DNA of 64,000 nucleotides from positions 13,655 through 77,654 of the forward strand of contig SPJO01000124.1 in the NCBI GenBank assembly GCA_006844635.1. The letters are read 5' to 3'. The translations under genes and the position numbers were made by a program. Shown in pieces: positions 38,858 through 49,709 of the stretch. Below the pieces are notes generated by a model. It had not been told where the DNA came from. It ran no database searches and was given only the letters and a program-made list of their open reading frames with translations. The stretch comes from Methylophilaceae bacterium. GTDB taxonomy: Bacteria; Pseudomonadota; Gammaproteobacteria; Burkholderiales; Methylophilaceae. Positions within the stretch are counted from its first letter, which is position 1. The number at the start of each line of letters is the position of its first letter.

Positions 38858-40759
38858 TTATTGTTGAGTACCCGCTAACAATTGCTGGCTTACTTCAATA
38901 TCTGCTTTCGCTTTCAGCGACTGCCCATAAGCACTAACATACTCTTGTGCGATAGCAGCCTCATACTCTGATTGCACCATGGTTTTCAAGCTATCATCTT
39001 CAGCAACGGCATCCGTCACACCTAAGACTTTAACCAATACATATGCACGATTACCATCTGCAAAACCTTTATAGGCTGGTAATGTCTCGGTATTAATTTT
39101 AAACACCTCGTTCATAACCGCTTCGGTTAAACCTTGCGCATCTTTACGATCCACAGTGACGGCTGGAATCCACTCCAAGCTCGCTGCTTCTTTTCCAGAC
39201 GCAAGATCAGTTAACACAGCTTGGCCTTTTTCCTCTGCCAGTTTAATCGATTGCTCAAGTTGCAATACGGCTTTAATGCCCTCTTTGACATCATCAAAAG
39301 TTTTGGGTGCTTCTGGCTTATATTCGAGCACGCGCGCTGCAATTAAATTATTAGGAGAAACCTCTACCGCATCGGTGTTGCGCTTATCCTTTACTACCTC
39401 ATCAGAAAACAACATGTTTGCTAATTGTCGGCTGTCTTTAAAGTATTTCACCGCATCTTCACGACTGAGCCAGTCCGTTGGTTGCACGTCCAGTCCGAAT
39501 CGTTTTGCTACAGGCTGTAAACTACCTGACTGCTCATAAACAATATTACTAAACTCTTCTGTTAAGCCAGCATATTTAATCTGCGCCTCTTGGAAAATAA
39601 GCTCACCTTTAATCTGTGGCTTCATGTCTTCAAAAGAGGACGACGCACCACTAATCCCGTCTAATCTGATGATGTGATAGCCAAACTCAGATTCAACAAT
39701 ATCGCTAATCGCATCTACTTCCATATTAAAGACAGTGTCTTCAAATGGCTTTACCATTGCGCCACGCCCAAAGCTGCCTAAACTACCGCCTTTAGTCGCC
39801 GACCCTGGATCTTCTGAATGCTTAGCAGCTAACTCTTCAAAGCGATCTGGGTTGCTATTCAGTTTTGCTTGAATTTCAAGTGCCTTCTCTTTTGCTACCT
39901 GTTTATCTTCGTCTGTCGCACTCACGCCAAAGCTAAATAAAATATGGCTTGCTTCACGTTGTTCATCACCTTGGAATCTTGTGATGTTCTCGTCATAGAA
40001 TTTTTTGACATCTTCCTCAGAAACAGTCACATCCTTTAACAAGCTAGCAGCTGAAAGCAGTACAAACTCCACTTTCACTTTTTCAGGTTCTTTGAATTTT
40101 TCTTTATGCTTTTCATAGTAAGCTTGGATTTGCTCTGGTGTCACTTCCACTTCAGGCAAAAAATCAGCCGCTTTAATTTCTGTCGTACTGACTTCACGCT
40201 TTTGGTATTGGTATTTAGCTGATGCTTGTGCTACAGATTGTGGTGCAAATGCCAATCTAGCCAAATCATCTCGTGCTTGCGCAACAATCAAATCATTTCT
40301 AATACTAGCCTCTAATTGCGTCGCCGTTAAACCGTTTTGCTCTAATGTTTGCTGATAAATATCTTGTGAGAACTGGCCATCTTCTTGAAACTCTGGCCTA
40401 CCTAAGATATGTTGGTTCAGCTGTGCATCACTGACTTTGAAGTTAGATTTGACCGTTTCAGCATTCACCAAACGACGCATCACAAGACCGTCAAGAATAG
40501 ACTTTTTGAATGCCGGGCTTTCTAATACCGTCGGATCAAATTGATCACCTCGTGCCTGCATACGTGTTCGCACTGTTTCAACCGTATTACTATATTCTTG
40601 CAGTGACACTTCATCACCATTCACGGTAGCAATAGGCACATTACCACCTGCGCCAGTTAAGTACTGATCAATACCAAACAGTGCAAATGGCACTGTAATC
40701 ACGGCTAAAATAATTTTTGCTAACCACCCTTTTGAGTGATTCCGAATAAGCTCTAACAT
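38858..40759 (-). CDS. ppiD: Periplasmic chaperone / peptidyl-prolyl isomerase PpiD
   Basis: 633-aa ATG ORF with an N-terminal TM anchor ('AKIILAVITVPFALFGI'), a SurA_N-like domain and a parvulin segment ('ASHILF...FGYHIIRL'). It follows hupB, as in E. coli. Confidence 0.85.
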   Translation of the reverse strand: MLELIRNHSKGWLAKIILAVITVPFALFGIDQYLTGAGGNVPIATVNGDEVSLQEYSNTVETVRTRMQARGDQFDPTVLESPAFKKSILDGLVMRRLVNAETVKSNFKVSDAQLNQHILGRPEFQEDGQFSQDIYQQTLEQNGLTATQLEASIRNDLIVAQARDDLARLAFAPQSVAQASAKYQYQKREVSTTEIKAADFLPEVEVTPEQIQAYYEKHKEKFKEPEKVKVEFVLLSAASLLKDVTVSEEDVKKFYDENITRFQGDEQREASHILFSFGVSATDEDKQVAKEKALEIQAKLNSNPDRFEELAAKHSEDPGSATKGGSLGSFGRGAMVKPFEDTVFNMEVDAISDIVESEFGYHIIRLDGISGASSSFEDMKPQIKGELIFQEAQIKYAGLTEEFSNIVYEQSGSLQPVAKRFGLDVQPTDWLSREDAVKYFKDSRQLANMLFSDEVVKDKRNTDAVEVSPNNLIAARVLEYKPEAPKTFDDVKEGIKAVLQLEQSIKLAEEKGQAVLTDLASGKEAASLEWIPAVTVDRKDAQGLTEAVMNEVFKINTETLPAYKGFADGNRAYVLVKVLGVTDAVAEDDSLKTMVQSEYEAAIAQEYVSAYGQSLKAKADIEVSQQLLAGTQQ

Positions 40760-40895
40760 AAGTTTACTTTCAAGGTTTTAATAACCAAACACCAAAAAAT
40801 TGAATCTAAAAATTAGCTACGTAATATACCATAATTGGTGTACAGAAGCACAGGGAAATCATCCGCCATACGAGACAAGTAACAGTGAGGGGATA

Positions 40896-40929
40896 ATAAA
40901 AAAGCGAACGGATTACGTTCGCTTTTTTG
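40896..40929 (-). terminator. Intrinsic terminator downstream of tRNA-Asp
   Basis: Hairpin AGCGAACG-gatta-CGTTCGCT (40903-40923) flanked by A6/T6 tracts. It separates the tRNA pair from ppiD. Confidence 0.7.
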
Positions 40930-40932
40930 TGT

Positions 40933-41009
40933 TGGCGGAGCGGACGGGACTCGAACCCGCGACCCCCGGCGTGACAGGCCGGTATTCTAACCAACTGAAC
41001 TACCGCTCC
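40933..41009 (-). tRNA. tRNA-Asp (anticodon GUC)
   Basis: The minus strand reads GGAGCGGTAGTTCAGTTGGTTAGAATACCGGCCTGTCACGCCGGGGGTCGCGGGTTCGAGTCCCGTCCGCTCCGCCA. It folds as a cloverleaf, has anticodon loop CTGTCAC, encodes the CCA end, and is near-identical to E. coli tRNA-Asp. Confidence 0.97.
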
Positions 41010-41098
41010 AGTATACGTTACTGCCAAATCACCTTGCAAAAATAAAGAGCGCTGCAATGAGCACTCTCTATTGTTTAAGGCTAATGTTATAAAAGCTT

Positions 41099-41174
41099 TG
41101 GTGGGTGCTAACGGGGTCGAACCGCTGACATTCGCCTTGTAAGGGCGACGCTCTACCAACTGAGCTAAGCACCC
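41099..41174 (-). tRNA. tRNA-Val (anticodon UAC)
   Basis: The minus strand reads GGGTGCTTAGCTCAGTTGGTAGAGCGTCGCCCTTACAAGGCGAATGTCAGCGGTTCGACCCCGTTAGCACCCACCA. The anticodon loop is CTTACAA and the CCA end is encoded. Confidence 0.97.
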
Positions 41175-41247
41175 TGCAAACTTTACAAACTGTATTTCTA
41201 TAAAACTAGCAGTGCTCTTTGGCTAATTACTTAACCAAAGAAGTGCG

Positions 41248-41520
41248 CTAGTTTACAGCATCTTTAAGCGCTTTACCAGCCCTGAACTTAGGTGTATTTG
41301 CCGCGCTAATTTGAATCGTTGCACCTGTACGTGGGTTACGACCATTACGTGCAGCACGTTTGCCTACATAAAACGTACCGAAACCAATTAAAGTAACCAA
41401 GTCACCTTTTTTTAATGACTTAGAAATGGCATCTGTTGTCGCGTCTAAAGCGCGCCCTGCTGCCGCTTTTGAAATATCTGCTGATTTTGCAATCTGATCG
41501 ATTAGTTCTGATTTATTCAC
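41248..41520 (-). CDS. hupB: DNA-binding protein HU (beta-like)
   Basis: 90-aa ORF with the canonical HU sequence '[11 protein letters not shown]...[21 protein letters not shown]'. The start codon is GTG (41518-41520) with SD 'GAGGGG' 8 nt upstream. Confidence 0.95.
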   Translation of the reverse strand: MNKSELIDQIAKSADISKAAAGRALDATTDAISKSLKKGDLVTLIGFGTFYVGKRAARNGRNPRTGATIQISAANTPKFRAGKALKDAVN

Positions 41521-41630
41521 GAGTAATCCCCTCTAAGATTATTAAGATAACAGGCGCTACCTGTTATCACTTTATAACAAGCGATAAAAGCTTGTGTCAA
41601 GACTTTATGCGCCATTAATTTGAATAAAAA

Positions 41631-44111
41631 CTAATGGCGAATCTCAGTTTTAGATCCCTTATCTGACCCTGTGACATTTGACGAAACTTTTTCTTCACTA
41701 TCGGTCAATGGCTTAGGCATTTTCTCTAAAGCAAATTCCAATACTTGATCTATCCATTTGACAGGATGAATATGCAAATGGTTTTTAATGTTTTCTGGAA
41801 TGTCAGCTAAATCTTTCACATTCGATTCAGGGATCAATACCGTTTTAATACCACCGCGGTGTGCCGCTAATAGCTTCTCTTTTAGCCCACCAATTGGCAA
41901 CACTTCACCACGTAAGGTAATTTCACCTGTCATCGCCACATCAGCACGCGCAGGAATCTCAGTCAGCGCTGAAACCAATGCCGTTGTTAGGCCAATACCC
42001 GCACTCGGGCCATCTTTAGGTGTTGCGCCTTCAGGCAAGTGAATATGAATATCTTTGGTTTCATAAAAGTCTTCAGCAATGCCTAAACGCGCAGAGCGGC
42101 TACGTACAACACTCATCGCAGCATCTAATGACTCTTGCATCACATCACCAAGCTTACCTGTTTTAATCGTCTTACCTTTACCAGGCAATACCACAGTCTC
42201 AATCGTTAACAGTTCACCACCGACTGAAGTCCAAGCTAAGCCTGTCACCTGTCCGATTTGATTCTCTTTTGCTGCAATACCAAAGTCATAACGGTAAACA
42301 CCCAGATACTGGTCAATGTTATCAACCGTCACGTCTACAGTCTTAATTGCCTGTAACTCTGCCCCATCATCAGCACGGTGATGATTTTTCGCATCTGTTT
42401 TGCTCTGCAACAGCTCTTTCACAACTTTACGGCATAACTTTGATAACTCTTGCTCTAAGCGACGTACACCAGCTTCACGTGTGTAATATTGCACAATATG
42501 GCGCAGGACATCTTCGCCAATGCGAATCTCTGTGCCTTTAAGTCCATTGGCTTTTAATTGCTTAGGCAGCAGATAACGTTCAGCAATATTAACCTTCTCA
42601 TCTTCTGTGTAGCCCGCTAATCGAATAATTTCCATCCGATCCAATAAAGGCGCTGGAATATTCATGCTATTCGCAGTAGCAACAAACATCACATCTGATA
42701 AGTCATACTCAACTTCTGCATAATGATCAGCAAATGTGTGATTCTGCTCTGGATCTAACACTTCTAATAGTGCGGATGACGGGTCGCCACGATGATCTTG
42801 GCCCATCTTATCCACTTCATCCAATAAGAATAATGGATTTTTCACACCAGCTTTACTCATGCTCTGCAATACTTTACCCGGCATAGATCCAATATATGTA
42901 CGACGGTGACCGCGGATTTCAGCTTCATCGCGCACACCACCTAAGGCCATCCGAATGAATTTTCGATTAACCGCTTTAGCAATACTCTGACCTAGTGATG
43001 TCTTACCAACGCCTGGCGGGCCGACTAAGCAAAGAATAGGTGCTTTTACCTTACCAACCCGTTGTTGGACTGCTAAGTATTCCACAATCCGTTCTTTAAC
43101 CTTTTCTAAGCCATAGTGGTCAGCATCCAAGATTTGCTCAGCAGCAATTAAATCACGGCTGATTCTCGTTCTTTTCTTCCATGGTAGGTTGACTAAGGTG
43201 TCGATATAATTACGCACCACAGAAGCCTCTGCAGACATTGGCGACATCAGTTTAAGCTTTTTCAGCTCTGCATTCACTTTAGTCAATGCCTCTTTCGGCA
43301 TGCCTGCCGATTGAATACGCTTTTCAAGCTCTTCCATCTCGGCATTTTCATCTTGCTCGCCAAGTTCTTTTTGAATCGCTTTAACCTGCTCATTCAAGTA
43401 GTATTCACGCTGACTTTTTTCCATCTGACGCTTAACACGACCACGGATACGCTTTTCCACTTGTAATATATCAATTTCTGATTCCATCAAATGCAGCAAA
43501 TGCTCTAAGCGCTCAGTCACACTTAACATCTCTAACACTTTTTGTTTTTCTTCCAACTTGAGTGTCAGGTGTGCTGAAATCGTATCAGCGAGACGACCCG
43601 CTTCATTAATGGTTGCTAATGAGGTCAGAATTTCTGGTGGAATCTTTTTGTTGAGTTTGACGTATTGATCAAATTGCGTCAGCACTGTGCGCATTAAAGC
43701 TTCCACTTCACTGTCGCCTTCATGCGCTTGTTCAACTTTGTCTACCTTTGCCCAAAAGCTATCTTCAGACTCTTCAAACTCAGAGATACGCGCACGCTCA
43801 ATACCCTCAACTAGCACCTTCACTGTGCCATCGGGTAACTTAAGCATTTGCAACACCGTCGCTATCGTTCCAATTTCATATAAGTCTTTTGCTTCAGGCT
43901 CATCTTTAGTCGCAGACTTCTGCGCCACTAACATGATTTTTTTATCTGCATCCGAGGCAATTTCTAATGCCTTTACAGATTTATCTCGACCTACAAAAAG
44001 TGGAATCACCAAATGTGGGTAAACCACGACATCACGTAGTGGTAATAATGGCATTTTGCCATTATTTGGTGAGTCTGGTGCTTGGTCTTCGGTCAAAGTT
44101 TGTTCAGTCAT
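41631..44111 (-). CDS. lon: ATP-dependent Lon protease
   Basis: 826-aa ATG ORF with a LON N-domain, Walker A '[15 protein letters not shown]' and the proteolytic serine motif 'PKDGPSAGI'. Confidence 0.97.
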   Translation of the reverse strand: MTEQTLTEDQAPDSPNNGKMPLLPLRDVVVYPHLVIPLFVGRDKSVKALEIASDADKKIMLVAQKSATKDEPEAKDLYEIGTIATVLQMLKLPDGTVKVLVEGIERARISEFEESEDSFWAKVDKVEQAHEGDSEVEALMRTVLTQFDQYVKLNKKIPPEILTSLATINEAGRLADTISAHLTLKLEEKQKVLEMLSVTERLEHLLHLMESEIDILQVEKRIRGRVKRQMEKSQREYYLNEQVKAIQKELGEQDENAEMEELEKRIQSAGMPKEALTKVNAELKKLKLMSPMSAEASVVRNYIDTLVNLPWKKRTRISRDLIAAEQILDADHYGLEKVKERIVEYLAVQQRVGKVKAPILCLVGPPGVGKTSLGQSIAKAVNRKFIRMALGGVRDEAEIRGHRRTYIGSMPGKVLQSMSKAGVKNPLFLLDEVDKMGQDHRGDPSSALLEVLDPEQNHTFADHYAEVEYDLSDVMFVATANSMNIPAPLLDRMEIIRLAGYTEDEKVNIAERYLLPKQLKANGLKGTEIRIGEDVLRHIVQYYTREAGVRRLEQELSKLCRKVVKELLQSKTDAKNHHRADDGAELQAIKTVDVTVDNIDQYLGVYRYDFGIAAKENQIGQVTGLAWTSVGGELLTIETVVLPGKGKTIKTGKLGDVMQESLDAAMSVVRSRSARLGIAEDFYETKDIHIHLPEGATPKDGPSAGIGLTTALVSALTEIPARADVAMTGEITLRGEVLPIGGLKEKLLAAHRGGIKTVLIPESNVKDLADIPENIKNHLHIHPVKWIDQVLEFALEKMPKPLTDSEEKVSSNVTGSDKGSKTEIRH

Positions 44112-44154
44112 ATTTACCTTAATTTTCGCTCGGGCTTATTTGCCCTATGCTATA

Positions 44155-44184
44155 TAGAATGGGAACATTCTTCGATAGTTCAAG
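44155..44184 (-). promoter_or_regulatory. Candidate sigma32 (heat-shock) promoter of lon
   Basis: The minus strand reads CTTGAA-(14-15 nt)-(T)CCCATTCTA, resembling the sigma32 consensus CTTGAA-N13-15-CCCCATnT. It sits ~45 nt upstream of the lon ATG, and E. coli lon is sigma32-dependent. Confidence 0.45.
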
Positions 44185-44295
44185 AGCAGACCGCATAAAT
44201 AAATGTGCCAGAAAGGCCCAGCTACTTGATGCGGCAGTTATGCCACTATAAGCTAGTCAATCAGAATTGCAAATAGCCCATTGCGTTAACAGTCG

Positions 44296-45579
44296 TTAAC
44301 TTGCGTTCTCTGCTCGTTTTGGTGAGTCTTCATAAATCATGATTGGCGGCGTTTCTCCATTAATCACGCCTTCGTCAATCACTACTTTAGATAAGTTTTC
44401 AATAGATGGAATATCATACATAACATCAAGCAATGCATTCTCAAGAATTGAGCGTAAACCACGTGCGCCCGTTTTTCTTTCCAGCGCCTTATTTGCAACA
44501 GCACTTAATGCCTCATCTCTAAACTCAAGCTCAACGCCTTCCATCTTAAAGAGTTTCGCATATTGTTTAGTTAACGCATTTTTCGGTTGCGTTAAAATGG
44601 TCATCAACGCTTCTACGTCTAATGATTCTAAAGTCGCAACAACAGGCAAGCGGCCAATAAACTCAGGAATAAGACCAAATTTAATCAGGTCCTGTGGTTC
44701 GATATCAAGCAATATCTCACCGACTTCACTCATATCATCTTTACTCTTCACTTCAGCACCAAAACCAATGCCGCCTTTTTCAGAGCGTAAACGAATAATC
44801 CGATCTAAACCATCAAATGCACCACCACAAATAAACAATATATTCGTCGTATCAAGCTGTACAAACTCTTGGTTAGGATGTTTCCGACCACCTTGTGGTG
44901 GTATTGATGCAACAGTCCCTTCAACCAGTTTCAATAATGCTTGCTGCACACCTTCACCTGAAACATCTCGTGTAATCGATGGATTTTCTGATTTACGTGA
45001 AATCTTGTCGACCTCATCAATATAGACAATGCCCCGCTGAGCTTTTTCGACATCGTAATCACACTTCTGCAACAACTTCTGCATGATATTTTCAACATCT
45101 TCACCCACATAACCTGCTTCAGTTAGTGTTGTGGCATCGGCCATTACAAAAGGCACATCTAATAAACGTGCAAGTGTTTGTGCCAGCAATGTTTTACCAG
45201 AACCAGTTGGTCCAATCAGCAAAATATTACTTTTTTGGATTTCCACATCATCTTTTGTGGCATTGTCGGCAATATGGTTGTGCCCAAGTCGCTTATAGTG
45301 GTTATACACTGCAACGGATAGGTTTCTTTTTGCCTGACTTTGACCAATCACATATTGGTCAAGAATTTTGGAAATTTCTTGCGGGCTAGGCAGCTCTTTT
45401 TCCGTGGTTTTTATATCATTAAGACTTTGAATCTCTTCTTTAATGATGTCATTACATAAATCCACACACTCATCACAAATAAACACGGATGGGCCTGCAA
45501 TGAGCTTTTTCACTTCGTGCTGACTTTTGCCACAAAATGAACAGTACAGTAACTTTTCGTCTTCAGACTTTGTTGCCAT
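44296..45579 (-). CDS. clpX: ATP-dependent Clp protease ATP-binding subunit ClpX
   Basis: 427-aa ATG ORF with an N-terminal Zn finger ('[27 protein letters not shown]'), Walker A '[15 protein letters not shown]' and the 'IGFG' loop. Confidence 0.97.
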   Translation of the reverse strand: MATKSEDEKLLYCSFCGKSQHEVKKLIAGPSVFICDECVDLCNDIIKEEIQSLNDIKTTEKELPSPQEISKILDQYVIGQSQAKRNLSVAVYNHYKRLGHNHIADNATKDDVEIQKSNILLIGPTGSGKTLLAQTLARLLDVPFVMADATTLTEAGYVGEDVENIMQKLLQKCDYDVEKAQRGIVYIDEVDKISRKSENPSITRDVSGEGVQQALLKLVEGTVASIPPQGGRKHPNQEFVQLDTTNILFICGGAFDGLDRIIRLRSEKGGIGFGAEVKSKDDMSEVGEILLDIEPQDLIKFGLIPEFIGRLPVVATLESLDVEALMTILTQPKNALTKQYAKLFKMEGVELEFRDEALSAVANKALERKTGARGLRSILENALLDVMYDIPSIENLSKVVIDEGVINGETPPIMIYEDSPKRAENAS

Positions 45580-45614
45580 GGAATACCCCTGCTACTAAAT
45601 TCTTATTGTTAATA

Positions 45615-46256
45615 CTATGCTGCTTCGGTGCGATTAGCAATCACCTTATCAATCATGCCGTATTTTACTGACTCTTCAGCACTCATAAAGTTGTCACGTT
45701 CTGTATCGACATCAATTTCTTTAGCCGTTTTACCAGTATGGTCTGCAAGTATTCCATTAAGTTTCTCACGTAAGTACATGATTTCTTTAGCCTGAATCTG
45801 AATATCAGAAGACTGACCTTGGAAGCCACCTGAAGGTTGGTGAATCATGACACGTGAGTTAGGCAAGCTAAAACGCTTACCTTTAGCGCCAGAAGCAAGT
45901 AGGAAAGCACCCATGCTAGCTGCTTGACCGATACATAAAGTGCTGACATCTGGCTTAATGAATTGCATGGTGTCATAGATTGACATTCCTGCAGTAACAG
46001 AACCGCCCGGTGAGTTGATATAGAAAGAAATGTCTTTGTCTGGATTTTCTGCTTCTAAGAAGAGTAATTGCGCGACAATCAGATTGGCAGATGCATCAGT
46101 TACAGGGCCGACTAAAAAAATCACACGTTCTTTTAATAAACGTGAATAAATATCAAATGAGCGTTCACCACGACCACTTTGCTCAATCACCATAGGCACT
46201 AAACCTAAGCCTTGTGTTTCTTGCATCGTGTTACTTAGCTTTGAATTGTCGCTCAT
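45615..46256 (-). CDS. clpP: ATP-dependent Clp protease proteolytic subunit ClpP
   Basis: 213-aa ATG ORF with '[11 protein letters not shown]', '[11 protein letters not shown]' and 'MIHQP'. Confidence 0.97.
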   Translation of the reverse strand: MSDNSKLSNTMQETQGLGLVPMVIEQSGRGERSFDIYSRLLKERVIFLVGPVTDASANLIVAQLLFLEAENPDKDISFYINSPGGSVTAGMSIYDTMQFIKPDVSTLCIGQAASMGAFLLASGAKGKRFSLPNSRVMIHQPSGGFQGQSSDIQIQAKEIMYLREKLNGILADHTGKTAKEIDVDTERDNFMSAEESVKYGMIDKVIANRTEAA

Positions 46257-46271
46257 TTTTATCGTCCTTTT

Positions 46272-47573
46272 TTATCCTGCCATTAATTCATCAAATTTAA
46301 TTTTAGTGTCTTTCACTTTTGCCTTACCAAGCACCCACTCAACAACATTGTGTTCTGTTGCTAGCGCTGCTGGCTCGTCTAAGCGTTTCACATCGGCATA
46401 GTACCAATCAACCATCTGTGCTGGTTGTTCATAGTTTTGTGCAAAGGTTTCAACCATTGCTTTAACTTGATCGGCATCTGCTTGCAAATTCTCTTTATTA
46501 ACAAGTTCAGACAAGATTAAACGCAGCGCTGTACTACGCTCTGCCTGCTCAATAAACATTTCTGGTTGTAATTGGATACTTTTAGGGTCCATGCCACGTT
46601 GTTGTAAGTTCTGCGCTGTCATTTGCATTAAGCGATTTACTTCTGTTTGAACCAATGCTTTTGGTAACTCAAGCTCAGTACCATCGACCAAACCTTGAAA
46701 GACTTGCTCTTTTACTTTGGCATTAATGCGTTTCTCGACTTCTTGCTCAAGACTTAACTTGATTTCGTCACGCATCTTATCAATATCACCATCAGCCACA
46801 CCCAATTGCTTAGCAAACTCAGCGTCTATTTCTGGATAGACTGGCTGTGAAACGCTGTTATAAGTTACAACGTAATCAACTGTTTTACCCGCTAAATTTT
46901 CTGGGTTATGGTCTTTTGGATATTTAATCTGGAATTCTTTTGTCTCGCCTGATTTTCCGCCAGTAAGGTTTTTATCAAATAATTCAATGCGTCCAGCTTC
47001 GCCAAGCACAATATCCATGCCTTTATTATTGGTGCTTTCAACTTGCTCACCGTCAATCGACGCAGACAAGTCAATATTAATACGATCATCTTTTTTCGAA
47101 GCACGCTTAACTGGCTCGTAGCTGACACGTTGTTTGACTAACACGTCAATCGTTTTGTCGACATCAGCCTTAGCCACTTTTAATGTTGGCTTCTCGATGC
47201 TAACTTTTGACACATCACCCACAGTCACTTCAGGCATAATTTCAAAAGTCGCTGTGTACTCTAACTCAGTTGCCGCCTCAGCAAAGGGTTTGTGTTCAAT
47301 ATTAGGGTAACCAGCAACGCGCAATTTATTTTCTTCTACCGCATCACCAAAACTAGCTTCTACCGCTTTAGAAAACACTTCATCACGCACTTGCTCACCA
47401 TGATGCTGACTCACTAAGCCCAGTGGCGCTTTGCCTGGGCGAAAGCCTGGAAATTTTGCTGTACGCGAGATTTCAGATAAGCGTTGTTGGATTTGACCTT
47501 CTAAAGGCGCCAATGGCACTTTAATGGTCATACGACGTTCAATATTACTGATTTTTTCAACAGATACTGCCAT
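46272..47573 (-). CDS. tig: Trigger factor
   Basis: The ORF track extends to 47648, into the tRNA-Leu gene. I use ATG 47573 ('MAVSVEKISNIERRMTIKVP...'), which gives the ribosome-binding 'GFRPGKAP' motif at the expected position. It lies upstream of clpP-clpX-lon, as in E. coli. Confidence 0.92.
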   Translation of the reverse strand: MAVSVEKISNIERRMTIKVPLAPLEGQIQQRLSEISRTAKFPGFRPGKAPLGLVSQHHGEQVRDEVFSKAVEASFGDAVEENKLRVAGYPNIEHKPFAEAATELEYTATFEIMPEVTVGDVSKVSIEKPTLKVAKADVDKTIDVLVKQRVSYEPVKRASKKDDRINIDLSASIDGEQVESTNNKGMDIVLGEAGRIELFDKNLTGGKSGETKEFQIKYPKDHNPENLAGKTVDYVVTYNSVSQPVYPEIDAEFAKQLGVADGDIDKMRDEIKLSLEQEVEKRINAKVKEQVFQGLVDGTELELPKALVQTEVNRLMQMTAQNLQQRGMDPKSIQLQPEMFIEQAERSTALRLILSELVNKENLQADADQVKAMVETFAQNYEQPAQMVDWYYADVKRLDEPAALATEHNVVEWVLGKAKVKDTKIKFDELMAG

Positions 47574-47618
47574 GCTGCACTTCCCGATTAATTTTATTGA
47601 AACACCATTTAGTGTTAA

Positions 47619-47703
47619 TGGTGCGAAAGGAGAGACTCGAACTCTCACGCCTTTCGGCGCTGGTACCTAAAACCAGTGCGTCTACCAATTCCGCCACTCT
47701 CGC
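47619..47703 (-). tRNA. tRNA-Leu (anticodon UAG), class II with long variable arm
   Basis: The minus strand reads GCGAGAGTGGCGGAATTGGTAGACGCACTGGTTTTAGGTACCAGCGCCGAAAGGCGTGAGAGTTCGAGTCTCTCCTTTCGCACCA. The anticodon loop is TTTAGGT and the CCA end is encoded. Confidence 0.95.
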
Positions 47704-47976
47704 ATGTGTTTGTTGTCCGCCTTTTTTAAGCGTCCTAAACATCAAAGGCGACATTGTATCTCAAATGATACCGTCAAGAAAAGCTTAATCTTACATAAAT
47801 GTGACTTATTTAAATGCCTTTGTTTATTAAATTGCTTGGTTTCCCTAATTTAAATTTACTTTTTCAGCTGCGATAGTTAAAGTATGTCCTAGCGTAAGCT
47901 AATATAAAGAACGCCATAGAGTGCAATAATTAAGCTAGCGTGCTTGGCGAAAAGACTTTAGATAAAGAATGGATAT

Positions 47977-48225
47977 ATGGAAAATACTGACCACACAGCT
48001 GAAAACAATATGCTACGTACAGAATTAGAGTTATTGATTAAAGAACGAGAAAAGCTACTCGTCATCACTGGCGTTGCTGCTGGCTTAATTGCTGAAATCA
48101 ACACTAATGATTTACCCATCCGTACGGTAGAAGCAGCCGACTTATTATCAACCAGCATTAACCAATTGCCAGAAGAAACGCTGCAAGATGCACTGAGTGC
48201 TGTACATGCCAGCATTGCATCTTAA
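47977..48225 (+). CDS. Hypothetical small acidic helical protein
   Basis: 82-aa ATG ORF with no recognisable motif. It lies 57 nt upstream of, and co-oriented with, the RND efflux operon. An 85-aa ORF on the opposite strand covers the same DNA, so coding status is uncertain. Confidence 0.3.
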   Translation: MENTDHTAENNMLRTELELLIKEREKLLVITGVAAGLIAEINTNDLPIRTVEAADLLSTSINQLPEETLQDALSAVHASIAS

Positions 48226-48282
48226 GTTTATCTAGTTTTCATATTCGGGGGAGTTGAAGTCGCTAGGGCAACTTAAATTGTT

Positions 48283-49701
48283 ATGCTAAGCATTCAAAAC
48301 ATTTTTGCATCAGTACTGATATGTCTGCTGCTTACTGGCTGCGCAACACAAGAGCAAGCAGCGAAGCCATTAGATAGTGCTGCAGTGACAGCTAAAATAC
48401 TCGATAAAGACCCCAGTAGCGCAGCCTTCCAGGACTATTTAATTAAGCAGGGGTATACAAGCGCAGCATTGCCGCTGACCCAATGGGGCTTAGATGAACT
48501 GACTTTATGCGCCCTCTTCTACCATACAAAGCTTGACCTTGCCAAAGAACAACTCGCGCTGGCAGATCTAGCGGTTGAAACAGCTGGCATCAAGCAAAGG
48601 CCTGCGATTAATGCTGAGGTTGCACATAGCAACCTTAGAAATGACGATATCAAACCTTGGTCATATGGTTTATCTATCGACATTCCGATTGCAACTAATA
48701 ATAAACGCGCCATTAAAGTCGACAAGGCACAGCAACATGCCGAAGCCGCAAAAATGGATGTCGCACAGACTGCGTGGCAGCTACGTCACCAAATTGCCAC
48801 CGACTTAATTGCTTACCATCAGAACCAAGCAGAAACGACATTATTAACTGAAACCTTAGCAACACAATCTAGCATCGTAGCGATGTTAGAAAAACGTGTT
48901 GCTGCGGGTATTGCAGCAAAATCTGAACTTAGCACTGTCAGCTTATTAGCGCTCAAGTCAGAGCATGCACTAAATGAAAAACAAGCCCAGTTTAAACAAA
49001 TTAAAGCCAAGTTAGCCGCTGATATTGGTTTGCCTGCAAATAAGTTCAAGGCCATTAACATCAAACCACTAGCTATAGATGATGTACTGGCAAAACAAGC
49101 TAAAGCATTGAATGCGCCATCTACAGCAAAAACATTGCAAGCAGATGCACTACTCAACCGTATCGATCTGCGTCGCAGTTTAGCTGAATACGCGGCAGCA
49201 GAAGCTGAGATTAGGTTACAGGTCGCTAATCAAACACCGGACATTACCATCAGTCCAGGCATTCTTTTTGATTTTGGCGACACCATTTGGTCGTTAGGTT
49301 TTTCTAGCTTATTAAACAGTTTAGATAAAAATACTGCGCTCATTAAACAAGCGACGCAGCTGCGTGAAATTCAAGGCAAACAATTTGAGCATTTGCAAGC
49401 AACAACGATTGCGACACTAAACCAATCATATGTCCGCTATCAATCAGCCCAGCAAACGCTGCAACGCGCAGAGGCGCAAGCAAAAAAACAACTTTCACAA
49501 AAGCAAACGATGCAAAAGCAATTTGATGCTGGGTTAATTGGTAAAGTGGCACTGAAACAGTTTGCATTAAATAGCATTGTCACTAGACAGCAGGTGCTAA
49601 CGTCAAAATTCAAACTACTTACCATTGCTAACGACATTGAAAATGTCCTGCAAAAACCTTTATATACTTCTTTTAATATGCCCGAATTAACTGATAAATA
49701 G
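48283..49701 (+). CDS. RND efflux outer-membrane factor lipoprotein (TolC/CzcC family)
   Basis: 472-aa ATG ORF with lipobox 'LLLTGC' and two OEP-type helical repeats. It is the first gene of a three-gene efflux operon. Confidence 0.8.
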   Translation: MLSIQNIFASVLICLLLTGCATQEQAAKPLDSAAVTAKILDKDPSSAAFQDYLIKQGYTSAALPLTQWGLDELTLCALFYHTKLDLAKEQLALADLAVETAGIKQRPAINAEVAHSNLRNDDIKPWSYGLSIDIPIATNNKRAIKVDKAQQHAEAAKMDVAQTAWQLRHQIATDLIAYHQNQAETTLLTETLATQSSIVAMLEKRVAAGIAAKSELSTVSLLALKSEHALNEKQAQFKQIKAKLAADIGLPANKFKAINIKPLAIDDVLAKQAKALNAPSTAKTLQADALLNRIDLRRSLAEYAAAEAEIRLQVANQTPDITISPGILFDFGDTIWSLGFSSLLNSLDKNTALIKQATQLREIQGKQFEHLQATTIATLNQSYVRYQSAQQTLQRAEAQAKKQLSQKQTMQKQFDAGLIGKVALKQFALNSIVTRQQVLTSKFKLLTIANDIENVLQKPLYTSFNMPELTDK

Positions 49702-49709
49702 GTCAACAT

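Noticed and set aside
40800-41159. 81-aa and 117-aa ORFs spanning the tRNA-Asp/tRNA-Val region
   Set aside because: They overlap two unambiguous tRNA genes and a terminator, so they are not coding.
44339-45025. 228-aa plus-strand ORF antisense to clpX, and similar antisense ORFs in lon, pgi and the RND pump
   Set aside because: They lie entirely within strongly supported conserved genes. Their translated sequences are low-complexity (S/P/I-rich) with no motifs. These are typical shadow ORFs.
47557-47788. N-terminal 25-aa extension of the tig ORF, plus 65-aa and 63-aa ORFs
   Set aside because: All overlap the tRNA-Leu gene. Trigger factor's conserved N-terminus begins at ATG 47573.
47958-48215. 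85-aa minus-strand ORF overlapping the 82-aa plus-strand ORF
   Set aside because: It is Ser/Val-rich with no RBS or motif. The plus-strand ORF is marginally more protein-like and is co-oriented with the downstream operon. Neither is well supported.
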